A DNA stretch of 64,000 nucleotides from sequence record MN871444.1; one strand, written 5' to 3'. The position numbers and the translations under genes were made by a program. Within the stretch, counting starts at the first letter, position 1. Each line of letters begins with the position of its first letter. Below, one piece after another: positions 27,440 through 36,027 of the stretch. The notes beneath the pieces are model-generated. The model was not told where the DNA came from. It ran no database searches and was given only the letters and a program-made list of their open reading frames with translations.

Positions 27440-29326
27440 ATGGGTATTAATGACGCTCGCAATACTGGTAACAACGACGCAGCTCAAGAACGTGCGCAGT
27501 CTGCAGCTCCGCAGTTCGACGAATCTCAAGTACGCCAGGCAGCTCCGCATCGCAAAACCATTACCGGTAAAGGCGGTGTGAACGCACTCCTGTCCCGTCG
27601 CCTGAACCGCGTGGGCGGTAACGAAGACATCAGCAAAATCGCTGAAATGATGCGCAGCTATCTGCGCAGCCAGCTGGACGAAGGTTACGTTCCGACGTTC
27701 GTTATTGTCGATGGCGTGACTTACGAACTGGCGGTATCTGCAATCGTTCCGTCCGTGATGCTGACTGCTCGCGGTGTTAAAACGGTGCTGGCCTATCCGA
27801 TTCTGGTAGAGCCGCGCGACCGTTCCATGGACACTGTCCGTACCGTTCGTGAAGCTGGCCGTGAACTGTCACTGCCGGTAGTAACCTCCGATTTCTACGA
27901 CGCGCGTACCGAAGAGCAGATCCGTAACGCTATCGTTCGTCAGTTCGGTCTGAACGCAGCAGATAGCGATATCAAACTGGTCGGTTACTGCACCCTGCCG
28001 GTAGAAGTATCTTCCGACGACAAAGGCGAAATCGAAGACCTGGCCGCCAACGTATTCTCGGCGCTGGAATCCTGGGTTCGCGAACAACCGGGCTCCGAAG
28101 AGCCGCGTTTCAACCTGGCAGAAATCGACAACACCCAAACTCGCTTCACCGGCAAACTGGACTTCTCTCCGGCGCCGATCAAAACCCTGACCGGCCTGCC
28201 GGTGCGTAACGACGTGACCATCACCACCAAAATGCGTGATATCACGGTCGACAGCCTGCACAGCCAATCCGGCGTTCTGTCCGAACTGAGCGGTTACGTG
28301 GACCTGATCTACGTTGACCCGCAGCCCGAACAAAACCCGTACACCCGTCAGATGTATCTGAACCCGGCGTGCTATCTCCCGAACTTCGTGATTTCGCATC
28401 AGGAAATTCTGGTTAACGCCGTGACCCCTGAACTGGTCCTGTTCGGCCTGGCATCTGCACGTCTGATGCAACAGCCGAACAACGCATTCTACAATGCGTT
28501 CAAACCGCGCCATGGCGTCAAAAACGATACCCGTGATATCGGGGCTATCGGTTACGAGTTCGATCCGACTGGCGAAGGCAAAGGTCCGAAAGCGCCTATC
28601 GATACCGCAGATTCCACCTTCAACCTGCAGACTCTTCTGAGCACTGCATTCCGCCCGGGCCTGCTGTACAGCCTGGACGTGGTAGATGGCGGTGAGTATT
28701 CCTGGGTATACGAAGCGCTGCTGTACGCTGCTAACGGCGATGCCGCGGCAGAAAACGATGTGATTCAGTATGCAGATAACCTGACCAACGGTCATTTCCG
28801 TCAGCTGTGGAACCCGGTCGAAAACCGCGTTGCGGTAGACTCCGGCGACCTGATTCCGATCGGTTACTACATCGATCCGGAAGGCCAACGTAAAGACCTG
28901 CGCGATATCGACTATCTGGCACTGCTGAACATGTTCGGTGGCAGTGATGCGGAACTGGTTTACCGCTGGTCCGAAACCTTCGGTAACCCGAACCAATCTC
29001 CGCAGCAACGTCTGGATGCACGTGTACGTATCCTGAAATCGCTGCTGAGCAACAACCTGTTCATCAAACGTATCGCACATCGCATCACCCTGACCCCGAC
29101 CTTCATCGACGTGCTGGCCACTGCCATCTCCAAAGCGGGCATCACGATCGTTCCGGAAACGGTGTTCAGCGAACAGCAGACCTATACCCGTGGGTCTACC
29201 ACCCTGGCTAACTACGCTCTGACCGGCGGTCAGTCTCCGCTGTTTGCAGGTATGCAGCAGCAGACCGTTGCCGGTTACAACACCGTATACCAGCCGCGTG
29301 GCGCAGGCAGCCGTTTCGGCGGCTAA
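27440..29326 (+). CDS. chmA: chimallin, phage nuclear shell protein
   Basis: 628 aa; LLSRRL.R, G.PVRND.T, L..GYVDL.Y, LDV.DGGEYSW, IP.GYY....G..KDLRD.D motifs; directly upstream of nvRNAP beta'. Confidence 0.92.
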   Translation: MGINDARNTGNNDAAQERAQSAAPQFDESQVRQAAPHRKTITGKGGVNALLSRRLNRVGGNEDISKIAEMMRSYLRSQLDEGYVPTFVIVDGVTYELAVSAIVPSVMLTARGVKTVLAYPILVEPRDRSMDTVRTVREAGRELSLPVVTSDFYDARTEEQIRNAIVRQFGLNAADSDIKLVGYCTLPVEVSSDDKGEIEDLAANVFSALESWVREQPGSEEPRFNLAEIDNTQTRFTGKLDFSPAPIKTLTGLPVRNDVTITTKMRDITVDSLHSQSGVLSELSGYVDLIYVDPQPEQNPYTRQMYLNPACYLPNFVISHQEILVNAVTPELVLFGLASARLMQQPNNAFYNAFKPRHGVKNDTRDIGAIGYEFDPTGEGKGPKAPIDTADSTFNLQTLLSTAFRPGLLYSLDVVDGGEYSWVYEALLYAANGDAAAENDVIQYADNLTNGHFRQLWNPVENRVAVDSGDLIPIGYYIDPEGQRKDLRDIDYLALLNMFGGSDAELVYRWSETFGNPNQSPQQRLDARVRILKSLLSNNLFIKRIAHRITLTPTFIDVLATAISKAGITIVPETVFSEQQTYTRGSTTLANYALTGGQSPLFAGMQQQTVAGYNTVYQPRGAGSRFGG

Positions 29327-29346
29327 GTCTGATGTAATGCCATAAC

Positions 29347-29376
29347 AGCGGGAGGGGTAAAACCCTCCCGCTTTAT
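29347..29376 (+). terminator. hairpin terminator after chmA
   Basis: AGCGGGAGGG-GTAAAA-CCCTCCCGCT-TTATTT. Confidence 0.75.
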
Positions 29377-29419
29377 TTCCCACAGCTTCTTTTTTTAGTT
29401 AAGCAACCAAAGGGTAATC

Positions 29420-30739
29420 ATGGAAATAAAAGAATTCATTCCTACGAAACGTGCCCCGTATGGGTATGCGATTTCGACGGGATGTGATATCTATTATGAC
29501 CCCAGGAGGAAAGGTGTTTATCCGGAAATAGCGAATCACGAAGCGACATTAGCGCGGTTACGTGGTACCCCTATTTTCATTAACGATATCGACACCTCTA
29601 CAGCCGAAGGTCAAGATAAACTTGATTCTCTTCTATACACCAAATACGACGGCGGGAGCATCAGTATCCTCCCTAGTTGTGAATGTGGGGAAACAACTAC
29701 TGTATCCAAACTGAATACCTATTGTCCTAACTGCTCCACGATCGTAGTGCCACCGTCTGAGCGCCCAATAGAATCGAATCTCTGGATTCGAGCGCCGGAT
29801 GGGGTAAAGGCATTAATCAATCCCCAAATGCTTATCATTTTGTCGAAAGCATTTACCATTAATGGCTGTAACTTCCTGGAATGGTTGTTAAACCCCACGT
29901 ATAAAAATGGGACTCACAACAACCTAAAGTTAGAACTCTTCAAAGCGTATAACTTTCCGCGCGGCATCAATGCTTTCTATGATAACTTTGATGACATAGT
30001 CACTGCGTTATTGGACCGTTCCATTTTCAATGGCAACAACGCCAAGCGCTTAGAAGTGAAGCTGTTTATCGAACAAAATAGAGACAGGGTGTTTACTCGG
30101 TACATCCCAATACCGAACCGCATTTTGTTCATCACGGAAAAAGCAATCACCGCAACATATGCCGACAAACACATGGCCTCGGCACTTGATGCAGTACGCA
30201 CTATTTCCGATCTTAACCAACACATGGAACCTCCATCGATCCGTAGGCGTGAATATGCTGCAGCAAAAGCCTGTCTGCAATTAGCGTCGTATTACGTGAT
30301 GCAATATAAGAAGATCATCGGCGGCAAATATGGGTTCTTGCGAAAACACCTGTTTGGTACCAGACAGGCGTATAGCTTCCGGGCAGTTATCAGTAGTCTG
30401 CACGAAGCCCATCGCATGGATGAACTTCATATCCCGTGGGGGGTGGCGGTAGGGGTATTCAGGAAACATCTGGAGAGCAAATTGCTGAGGCGGGGGTATA
30501 CTCCGAACGAGGCGGTAAAACTATTATTCGATCATACTCTGACCTATCACCCGCTGCTGGATACGTTGTTCAAAGAAATTATTGGTGACCATCCTTCCGG
30601 GAAAGGGTTTCCATGCTATTTCTTACGAAATCCAACGCTGGATAGATTGTCGGGTCAACTATTCCACATTACGTTAGTCAAACCAGATCCAAACATCAAA
30701 ACGGTGAGTCTATCACTAAACGTCATCGCGCCAATGAAT
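29420..30739 (+). CDS. nvRNAP beta' N-terminal subunit, exon 1 (phiKZ gp55-like)
   Basis: Zn ribbon CECG..CPNC; G.LRKHLFG.R..YSFRAVIS; RNPTL; ends ...VIAPMN. Confidence 0.9.
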
Positions 30740-31218
30740 AAACTTGCGTGGGTTGATTCACGCATGTTCCTTCCAGTAGAAATACTGGTCGAACACTCTC
30801 CTAACTGCTGGGAACTCCTGTTAAAAATACTTCTACCAACTTAAGCTGGAAACAGACTTGAGGGCTAGGCTTGAACCCTAGGTATGGTGAAAATGAAGTA
30901 GTTGGGACGATCAAGCAACGAAGCTCCTACCGGCGCAAGCCCACGGAGTGAGTCCAACGACTATCGAAAACTACATCGGTTAACCGACTAATGACATTCG
31001 TATAAAGTCGAATGGTTGCGTAAGCAATTAAAGTGAGTAGAGTAGGGCCAAGTGGTGTGAGGCATGGCAATAAGTCCTCCCTAGCAATTGATGCTAGCCG
31101 AAACGGAGAGCACCTGACCGGGTAAAGCCGAAGGTGATGAGATAGTCTTGTATCCGACTGTAATGGTCGGGAAGTTCTAAGAGAACTGCGTAGCCTAACG
31201 ACCTACGTGAAAGTAACG
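30740..31218 (+). mobile_element. group I intron, 479 nt, no homing-endonuclease ORF
   Basis: exon ends in U (30739), intron ends in G (31218); P3 CTCTCC 30796-30801 / GGAGAG 31105-31110; P7 GACTA 30959-30963 / TAGTC 31143-31147; P8 CACCT..AGGTG; removal restores in-frame N-ADFDGD. Confidence 0.92.
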
Positions 31219-31458
31219 GCTGATTTTGACGGTGACGCCTTGGGTGGATTACTCATACTCGATAAAAAGATGTATGAGCGTTTTGAACGAACTTCCCAAC
31301 ATACCGGGGTTCTTGATCTGCAAAAAGCCAGAACACTATCCGGTAAAATAACTTTACCGAAGCCCGTACTGGCGATTTATGCAAGTTGGATGCATGAACC
31401 ACCGGCTGATGTAGAAGAAGCTAAGCTGTTCAAGAAATTGTTAGGGCAGCATGATTAA
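31219..31458 (+). CDS. nvRNAP beta' N-terminal subunit, exon 2 (catalytic ADFDGD)
   Basis: begins GCT GAT TTT GAC GGT GAC; spliced product about 519 aa. Confidence 0.9.
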   Translation, partial: ADFDGDALGGLLILDKKMYERFERTSQHTGVLDLQKARTLSGKITLPKPVLAIYASWMHEPPADVEEAKLFKKLLGQHD

Positions 31459-31467
31459 GGAGACAAC

Positions 31468-32115
31468 ATGGCACAACTGATATCTGGTGGTCCGAGTACG
31501 ATGGCGGCCCACCTGTTCGGTGAAAACCATCCCAACGTACAAACTTATTTAGAAACAGCGTATCAACAAGCCCAGGAATCTATTACCGATGTTGGTCGGG
31601 CAATGATTCAAGCCGGGCGGCAGTTGGCAGAACGCACAATCAATACCGGCGCTTTCCGTTTAGCCCGTGCAGCGTTACGTAAGGTGGGATCTCTCGGGGT
31701 GCAGGATACCATCCAACCACTCGAGACCATCGGTTCGTTACAACATGCTCCCACGGCGATGATTCCAATCATCATGAGCCACCCTGAAATAAAATCCCGT
31801 TATCTAATGGGCCGCTGTGAAGGGTATGGTGATGAGTGGGTTAATCCTACTGGGTCTGCGGTTGCTGGAAGCGACCCACTTTATCGAGCAGTCATGCATG
31901 CTGCCGTGATTGAACCCGATTCTGAATACGCTAAATACGATCCGATTTTAGCAGAAGAAACCAACTGGGGCGCATGGCAGTATTGGGATGATGCTTCCGA
32001 AGAGGTAGGGTTGACCGAAAGCAACCGGTTGGATGGTCAGATTACCTATGACGCATTGTGGTTAGCGGTAAAAGGTGTAGACGATCCAACTTCGCGGTGG
32101 AACGCTTCATTGTAA
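31468..32115 (+). CDS. conserved jumbo-phage hypothetical protein
   Basis: AAGGAG SD; C-terminal DPTSRWNASL. Confidence 0.8.
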   Translation: MAQLISGGPSTMAAHLFGENHPNVQTYLETAYQQAQESITDVGRAMIQAGRQLAERTINTGAFRLARAALRKVGSLGVQDTIQPLETIGSLQHAPTAMIPIIMSHPEIKSRYLMGRCEGYGDEWVNPTGSAVAGSDPLYRAVMHAAVIEPDSEYAKYDPILAEETNWGAWQYWDDASEEVGLTESNRLDGQITYDALWLAVKGVDDPTSRWNASL

Positions 32116-32125
32116 TGGTGTGTCT

Positions 32126-32156
32126 GGGAGGAGGAGCTTAGGCTCCTCCTCTTTTT
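32126..32156 (+). terminator. canonical intrinsic terminator
   Basis: GAGGAGGAGC-TTAG-GCTCCTCCTC + T-run. Confidence 0.85.
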
Positions 32157-32194
32157 TACGGATTACCTTTATTTTTTGTCTGTGGAGCGTACTT

Positions 32195-32596
32195 ATGGCT
32201 AAAACAATACCGGTCCCTAGTTTATCTGTAGATGGTTGGATTATAACCCCGACCAAAAAAGTGGATAAATTATTGTGTTATTATTTTTTATCTGAACCTT
32301 CACAAAGTCAACTATATACCGTCATATCGCTTCCTTCGGAAATTGCGAAGAAAGGAAACTGGCCAAATCAACTTAAAGAATTGGTCAGTAATGATTTACA
32401 AACTTTCTTTAGCGCTTATTTCACGGAAGGGGTCAGCGTATATGTAGAAGTAAAAGATACCGATAGTAGCGGGGGACAAATATCGCAATACACGATATAT
32501 TGTCAGGTTATTGTCACCATTGATGGTGCAAAATATTCCGTAGCCAAAATGGCGTCCGTATTAAATTCTCAGATTGTCAAATTGGCAGATGCATAA
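32195..32596 (+). CDS. conserved protein, possibly T4 gp25-like baseplate/sheath initiator
   Basis: GGAG SD; helix plus strand pattern (L..FFSAYF..V.VYVEV) reminiscent of the gp25 fold; inference. Confidence 0.5.
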   Translation: MAKTIPVPSLSVDGWIITPTKKVDKLLCYYFLSEPSQSQLYTVISLPSEIAKKGNWPNQLKELVSNDLQTFFSAYFTEGVSVYVEVKDTDSSGGQISQYTIYCQVIVTIDGAKYSVAKMASVLNSQIVKLADA

Positions 32597-32610
32597 TGAG
32601 GTAACTAAAA

Positions 32611-33201
32611 ATGGCAAGTAAAGAAGATATTAGACTGGCGGTAGACCTTGGACTTAAGGCCGCCAATTCATTAATTGAATCGGCTGAAGGAATGCGTCGA
32701 GGTATTTTTATCGATGAATTCCGCCAACAGTATTTGCCTATTTTAGCTACCCCCGGATCTGACTGGTCACCGTGGTTTCGCTTTGTTACCGACCCTCGGG
32801 CAGTCACAGATGTTTATGACCGGTCAGGTAAATTAATGTATACGGTTCCGGCGATGGCAGTACCCATCGGTACTCAGATTAGTAGCAAGCGGGGTGAATC
32901 GTATTACGATAAAATCCAAAGGGCCATGCTGGTTGCGAGAAACAACCCTAAAGCTGCTGAAGCGATGCAGCAGCAGGCAATGCATGATGCCGTCGTGGGT
33001 GGTGGGAATAAACATATTCTGGATAATAGAATTCAGCTCAATAAGATTCTGGTAGCTGAAGGGTATCCCCCACTACCCATCCCCGGAACAAATGGGTTTA
33101 CTGGCGTGACTGGAAAAGAAACAATAAATGACGCTGGTGTGCCAACAAAAAACGAAAGCTTAGCTAAGGCCAAATACACCGATGAGTACGACGAACTCTG
33201 A
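32611..33201 (+). CDS. conserved hypothetical protein
   Basis: GAGG SD, 196 aa. Confidence 0.75.
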   Translation: MASKEDIRLAVDLGLKAANSLIESAEGMRRGIFIDEFRQQYLPILATPGSDWSPWFRFVTDPRAVTDVYDRSGKLMYTVPAMAVPIGTQISSKRGESYYDKIQRAMLVARNNPKAAEAMQQQAMHDAVVGGGNKHILDNRIQLNKILVAEGYPPLPIPGTNGFTGVTGKETINDAGVPTKNESLAKAKYTDEYDEL

Positions 33202-34315
33202 TACCACCATCGCTTCATTTCACGATGTCCATTTTGGGCACCCCAATACCCGCTATGACAACATCATTCGCGGAATGGAAAAAGATATTTGCGCCACCGA
33301 CCCGTTTATTCGCAATCTAACTTATTTGTTCTATCCTGGTGATGTTTTCGATCGGTTATTGATTCTACCTGAACAAGGAATCCCGGCTATTCGCCGGGAG
33401 TTCAGACGTCAGTTGGAAATATGTCAAGCTTACGGCATCTCTGTTCGTGTATTGGAAGGTACTCCATCTCACGATTGGCACCAGTCTAAGTTGATATTGA
33501 GTGTGGCCGAAGAAATGGGGTTTACTGGGGATTTAAAATACATAGATACTCTCTGTGTTGAAATAACCCCAAAAGGACACAGCATTTTATACATCCCCGA
33601 TGAATGGCGCACTGACCTCCAACAAACTTATTTGGAAGCACTGGAGGCCATTAAAGTCGCTGGATTGGAACAAGTGGATTATTGCTTATTTCATGGTCAA
33701 TTCACGCATCAGTTTCCACCAGAATGGCAGGTGGGATGCCATGATGCTGATGCTTGGCAGTCGTTAGTGAAGCATTATCTTTTTGCAGGGCATATCCACA
33801 CCCCATCCCAAAAAGGAAAAATTCTGGTGGCTGGGTCCTATGACCGGTTGCGCCACGGTGAAGAACACCCGAAGGGCCATTATCGGGTAACGGTTAAAAC
33901 TGATGGTGATGACATCATTGAGTTTGTTGAAAATAAAGAAGCTAAAATTTATTTGACCCTGGATGTCAGTGGTCAGAGCGTAGAATCTATTTACGGCTAC
34001 GTTGAATCAAAGATACGTGGATTGCCGGTTAATTCATTTATTAGACTAAGTGGTAATCGAGACCAAAGCTTAAGAATGGTCAAGAAAGCCCTTAGCGATA
34101 ATTATCCCGAATATAGATGGGATATTATATTTGAAAAAACAAAAAAACAGCCAAGGACAGTAAGTTTAGATTCTACACCAATACAGAAAACAACCGTAAC
34201 ACTCGGCGCCTTAGAAGATGCGATACTGTTGCGGCTAGAGCAGTCGGGCCTATCGCCCCAAGTGATAGACCACGCTAAACAACTTTATAAGGATAGCAAA
34301 CATGAGTTTGCGTGA
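33182..34315 (+). CDS. SbcD/Mre11-like metallophosphoesterase nuclease
   Basis: DVHFG, GDVFD, EGTPSHD, FHG, GHIH. Confidence 0.9.
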   Translation: MSTTNSDTTIASFHDVHFGHPNTRYDNIIRGMEKDICATDPFIRNLTYLFYPGDVFDRLLILPEQGIPAIRREFRRQLEICQAYGISVRVLEGTPSHDWHQSKLILSVAEEMGFTGDLKYIDTLCVEITPKGHSILYIPDEWRTDLQQTYLEALEAIKVAGLEQVDYCLFHGQFTHQFPPEWQVGCHDADAWQSLVKHYLFAGHIHTPSQKGKILVAGSYDRLRHGEEHPKGHYRVTVKTDGDDIIEFVENKEAKIYLTLDVSGQSVESIYGYVESKIRGLPVNSFIRLSGNRDQSLRMVKKALSDNYPEYRWDIIFEKTKKQPRTVSLDSTPIQKTTVTLGALEDAILLRLEQSGLSPQVIDHAKQLYKDSKHEFA

Positions 34316-35120
34316 TTTTTCTTTGCGGGAGATGGGGGCGATTCCCATCTCCATTGGGACGAGTTTGGCTATAGAGGCATTACGACAACCCAATGTACCG
34401 AACTACGACGCGCTCTGGGTAAATCTAAGAACCCTGTTTCGTAATTTGATGTCTTGCGTTCCTACCCACGTTCGTGATGATGCTAACGATCGTGAGACCG
34501 CGGAGGTACTCGAAGAAGAGATGGGGCATATTTCTGAGGCAGTATCCATCTTAAGTAATGGTACTAAACCGGTCAAGTGGTATATTACCAAACCGGAAAC
34601 CCTGAGTAAGATATTGCCCGACGCCATTATTCGAGCACCCAAGACCCCCTTGCAAAAATCTCAGGCAGCGTTATGTGACGCTGCCCTTGGTCGATTGCTG
34701 GCGAAGTACCAAAAAGAGATTCAAGTATTTTCACCGATTATGTATGGTCAGGGTAAAGCTATGGTGCTGACGCATTTCCCTGAAGATTTGCTGAGTCGCA
34801 AACATTTTGCCGAAATGTACCTGCTAGAATCCCATACCGGTAAAATAAAAGAACATGACGCGTTTAATACAAAACTAGGGGATATCGATCAATTCCCTAA
34901 ACTTCCATTCAATGGATTTACTTTAACAGTATTTGGTGATAAGCAAGTACTCATTTATCAAATGCCAAATAAAATCCGTACCATGGTATTGGAAGTTGCT
35001 AAGAAAGCAGGCTGGACGCCTATGACTACTAAGGACAGAATGTTATTAACCCTAAACAACATAAAGAATCAATACGACCGAGAAGTTCTCAAAAGCATTC
35101 TTATGAAATGCAAGTATTGA
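34302..35120 (+). CDS. conserved jumbo-phage protein (possible PIN/5'-nuclease-like fold)
   Basis: core synteny; DALWVNLRTLFRN and THFPEDLL motifs; fold is inference. Confidence 0.65.
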   Translation: MSLRDFSLREMGAIPISIGTSLAIEALRQPNVPNYDALWVNLRTLFRNLMSCVPTHVRDDANDRETAEVLEEEMGHISEAVSILSNGTKPVKWYITKPETLSKILPDAIIRAPKTPLQKSQAALCDAALGRLLAKYQKEIQVFSPIMYGQGKAMVLTHFPEDLLSRKHFAEMYLLESHTGKIKEHDAFNTKLGDIDQFPKLPFNGFTLTVFGDKQVLIYQMPNKIRTMVLEVAKKAGWTPMTTKDRMLLTLNNIKNQYDREVLKSILMKCKY

Positions 35121-35182
35121 TTTTTTACTGCAGATAACCATCATTTGTACTGTTGTCAATATAACTAAGGAACTACACTACC

Positions 35183-35869
35183 ATGGCCGACCAACCAGTT
35201 AAACGCCAAACCTACCTCGATGACTTGCGCGCTAAGCTTTTCGCTAAGCCTCTGCAGGGGGGTACTAAACGTCCTATTCTGACTTTTGGTTTTGTTACAC
35301 GTAAGTACGATACCAACTGCGCAGAAATCAAAATCAAAACTAACGTCCCGAACGATGCCGACAACGGACAAATTAAAGTGGTCGTGCCGATGCCGGACTT
35401 GTTCGGGTATTTCCGAGCTATCCAGAACATGGCAACGCAGTCCGGGAAACAGGAGCGTAGCTTCCGGGTATATGCTACTTTCGCAAAAGGTGGGAAGGTA
35501 GATCCCTATCCGGCAGCGATGATTCACCTGGGTAAAGAAGACGACGGACGCATGTATATCGCGGTGACCAAAAAGAACCGCCCAAACATCAAATTCTACA
35601 TGTGCCCAGACGAAATGTATCGCCTGGTCGTAAACGGTGAAGAACTGACCACCGAGCAAACTTACGCTGAGTACGCTCTGGGGTACATCGACATGATTCG
35701 GGGTATTTACCAAACGATCATGGACCGTGACTTTGTACCGTGGGAAAACCCGCATAACAACGGCGGCGGTCAGCGCGGCAACGGCGGCGGTAATTGGAAC
35801 GGTGGTGGTAATTCCAATTCCGGCGGCGGTCAATCGAACAATAGTTACGATGATGACGTGTGGGGTTGA
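35183..35869 (+). CDS. conserved protein with G/N-rich linker and acidic-aromatic tail (SSB-like architecture)
   Basis: AAGGA SD; ends NNGGGQRGNGGGNWNGGG...SYDDDVWG. Confidence 0.75.
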   Translation: MADQPVKRQTYLDDLRAKLFAKPLQGGTKRPILTFGFVTRKYDTNCAEIKIKTNVPNDADNGQIKVVVPMPDLFGYFRAIQNMATQSGKQERSFRVYATFAKGGKVDPYPAAMIHLGKEDDGRMYIAVTKKNRPNIKFYMCPDEMYRLVVNGEELTTEQTYAEYALGYIDMIRGIYQTIMDRDFVPWENPHNNGGGQRGNGGGNWNGGGNSNSGGGQSNNSYDDDVWG

Positions 35870-35879
35870 CACCATAAAC

Positions 35880-35909
35880 GGGAGGGCGAAAGCCCTCCCA
35901 ATATGCCGT
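35880..35909 (+). terminator. hairpin + TATGCCGT tail
   Basis: GGGAGGGC-GAAA-GCCCTCCC-AA-TATGCCGT. Confidence 0.85.
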
Positions 35910-35979
35910 ATTGTTGCAAAAGGTAGTTTCTTACAGATGGTCGCCATGTTATACGTAGTAAAAGAATGGATTCAAAAAA

Positions 35980-35998
35980 CTTAAAAGCATATATTACT
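35980..35998 (+). promoter_or_regulatory. early-type promoter (TATATTAC)
   Basis: TTAAAAGCA-TATATTAC at 35990-35997. Confidence 0.65.
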
Positions 35999-36027
35999 AC
36001 CATGACTATCTGCATAAGGGGATATCC

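Noticed and set aside
27869-29383. 504-aa minus-strand ORF antisense to chimallin
   Set aside because: Shadow ORF explained by the biased codon usage of chmA; no motifs or SD.
30740-30844. C-terminal 34 codons of the ORF-track beta' (KLAWVDSR...LPT) and the separate GTG ORF at 31207
   Set aside because: Both are intron read-through artefacts; splicing joins 30739 to 31219.
30740-31218. Homing endonuclease inside the intron
   Set aside because: No ORF of 60 aa or more and no HNH/GIY-YIG/LAGLIDADG motif; the space is filled by ribozyme structure.
35165-35947. 260-aa minus-strand ORF
   Set aside because: Mirror of the 35183 gene and its G/N-rich linker; no independent signals.
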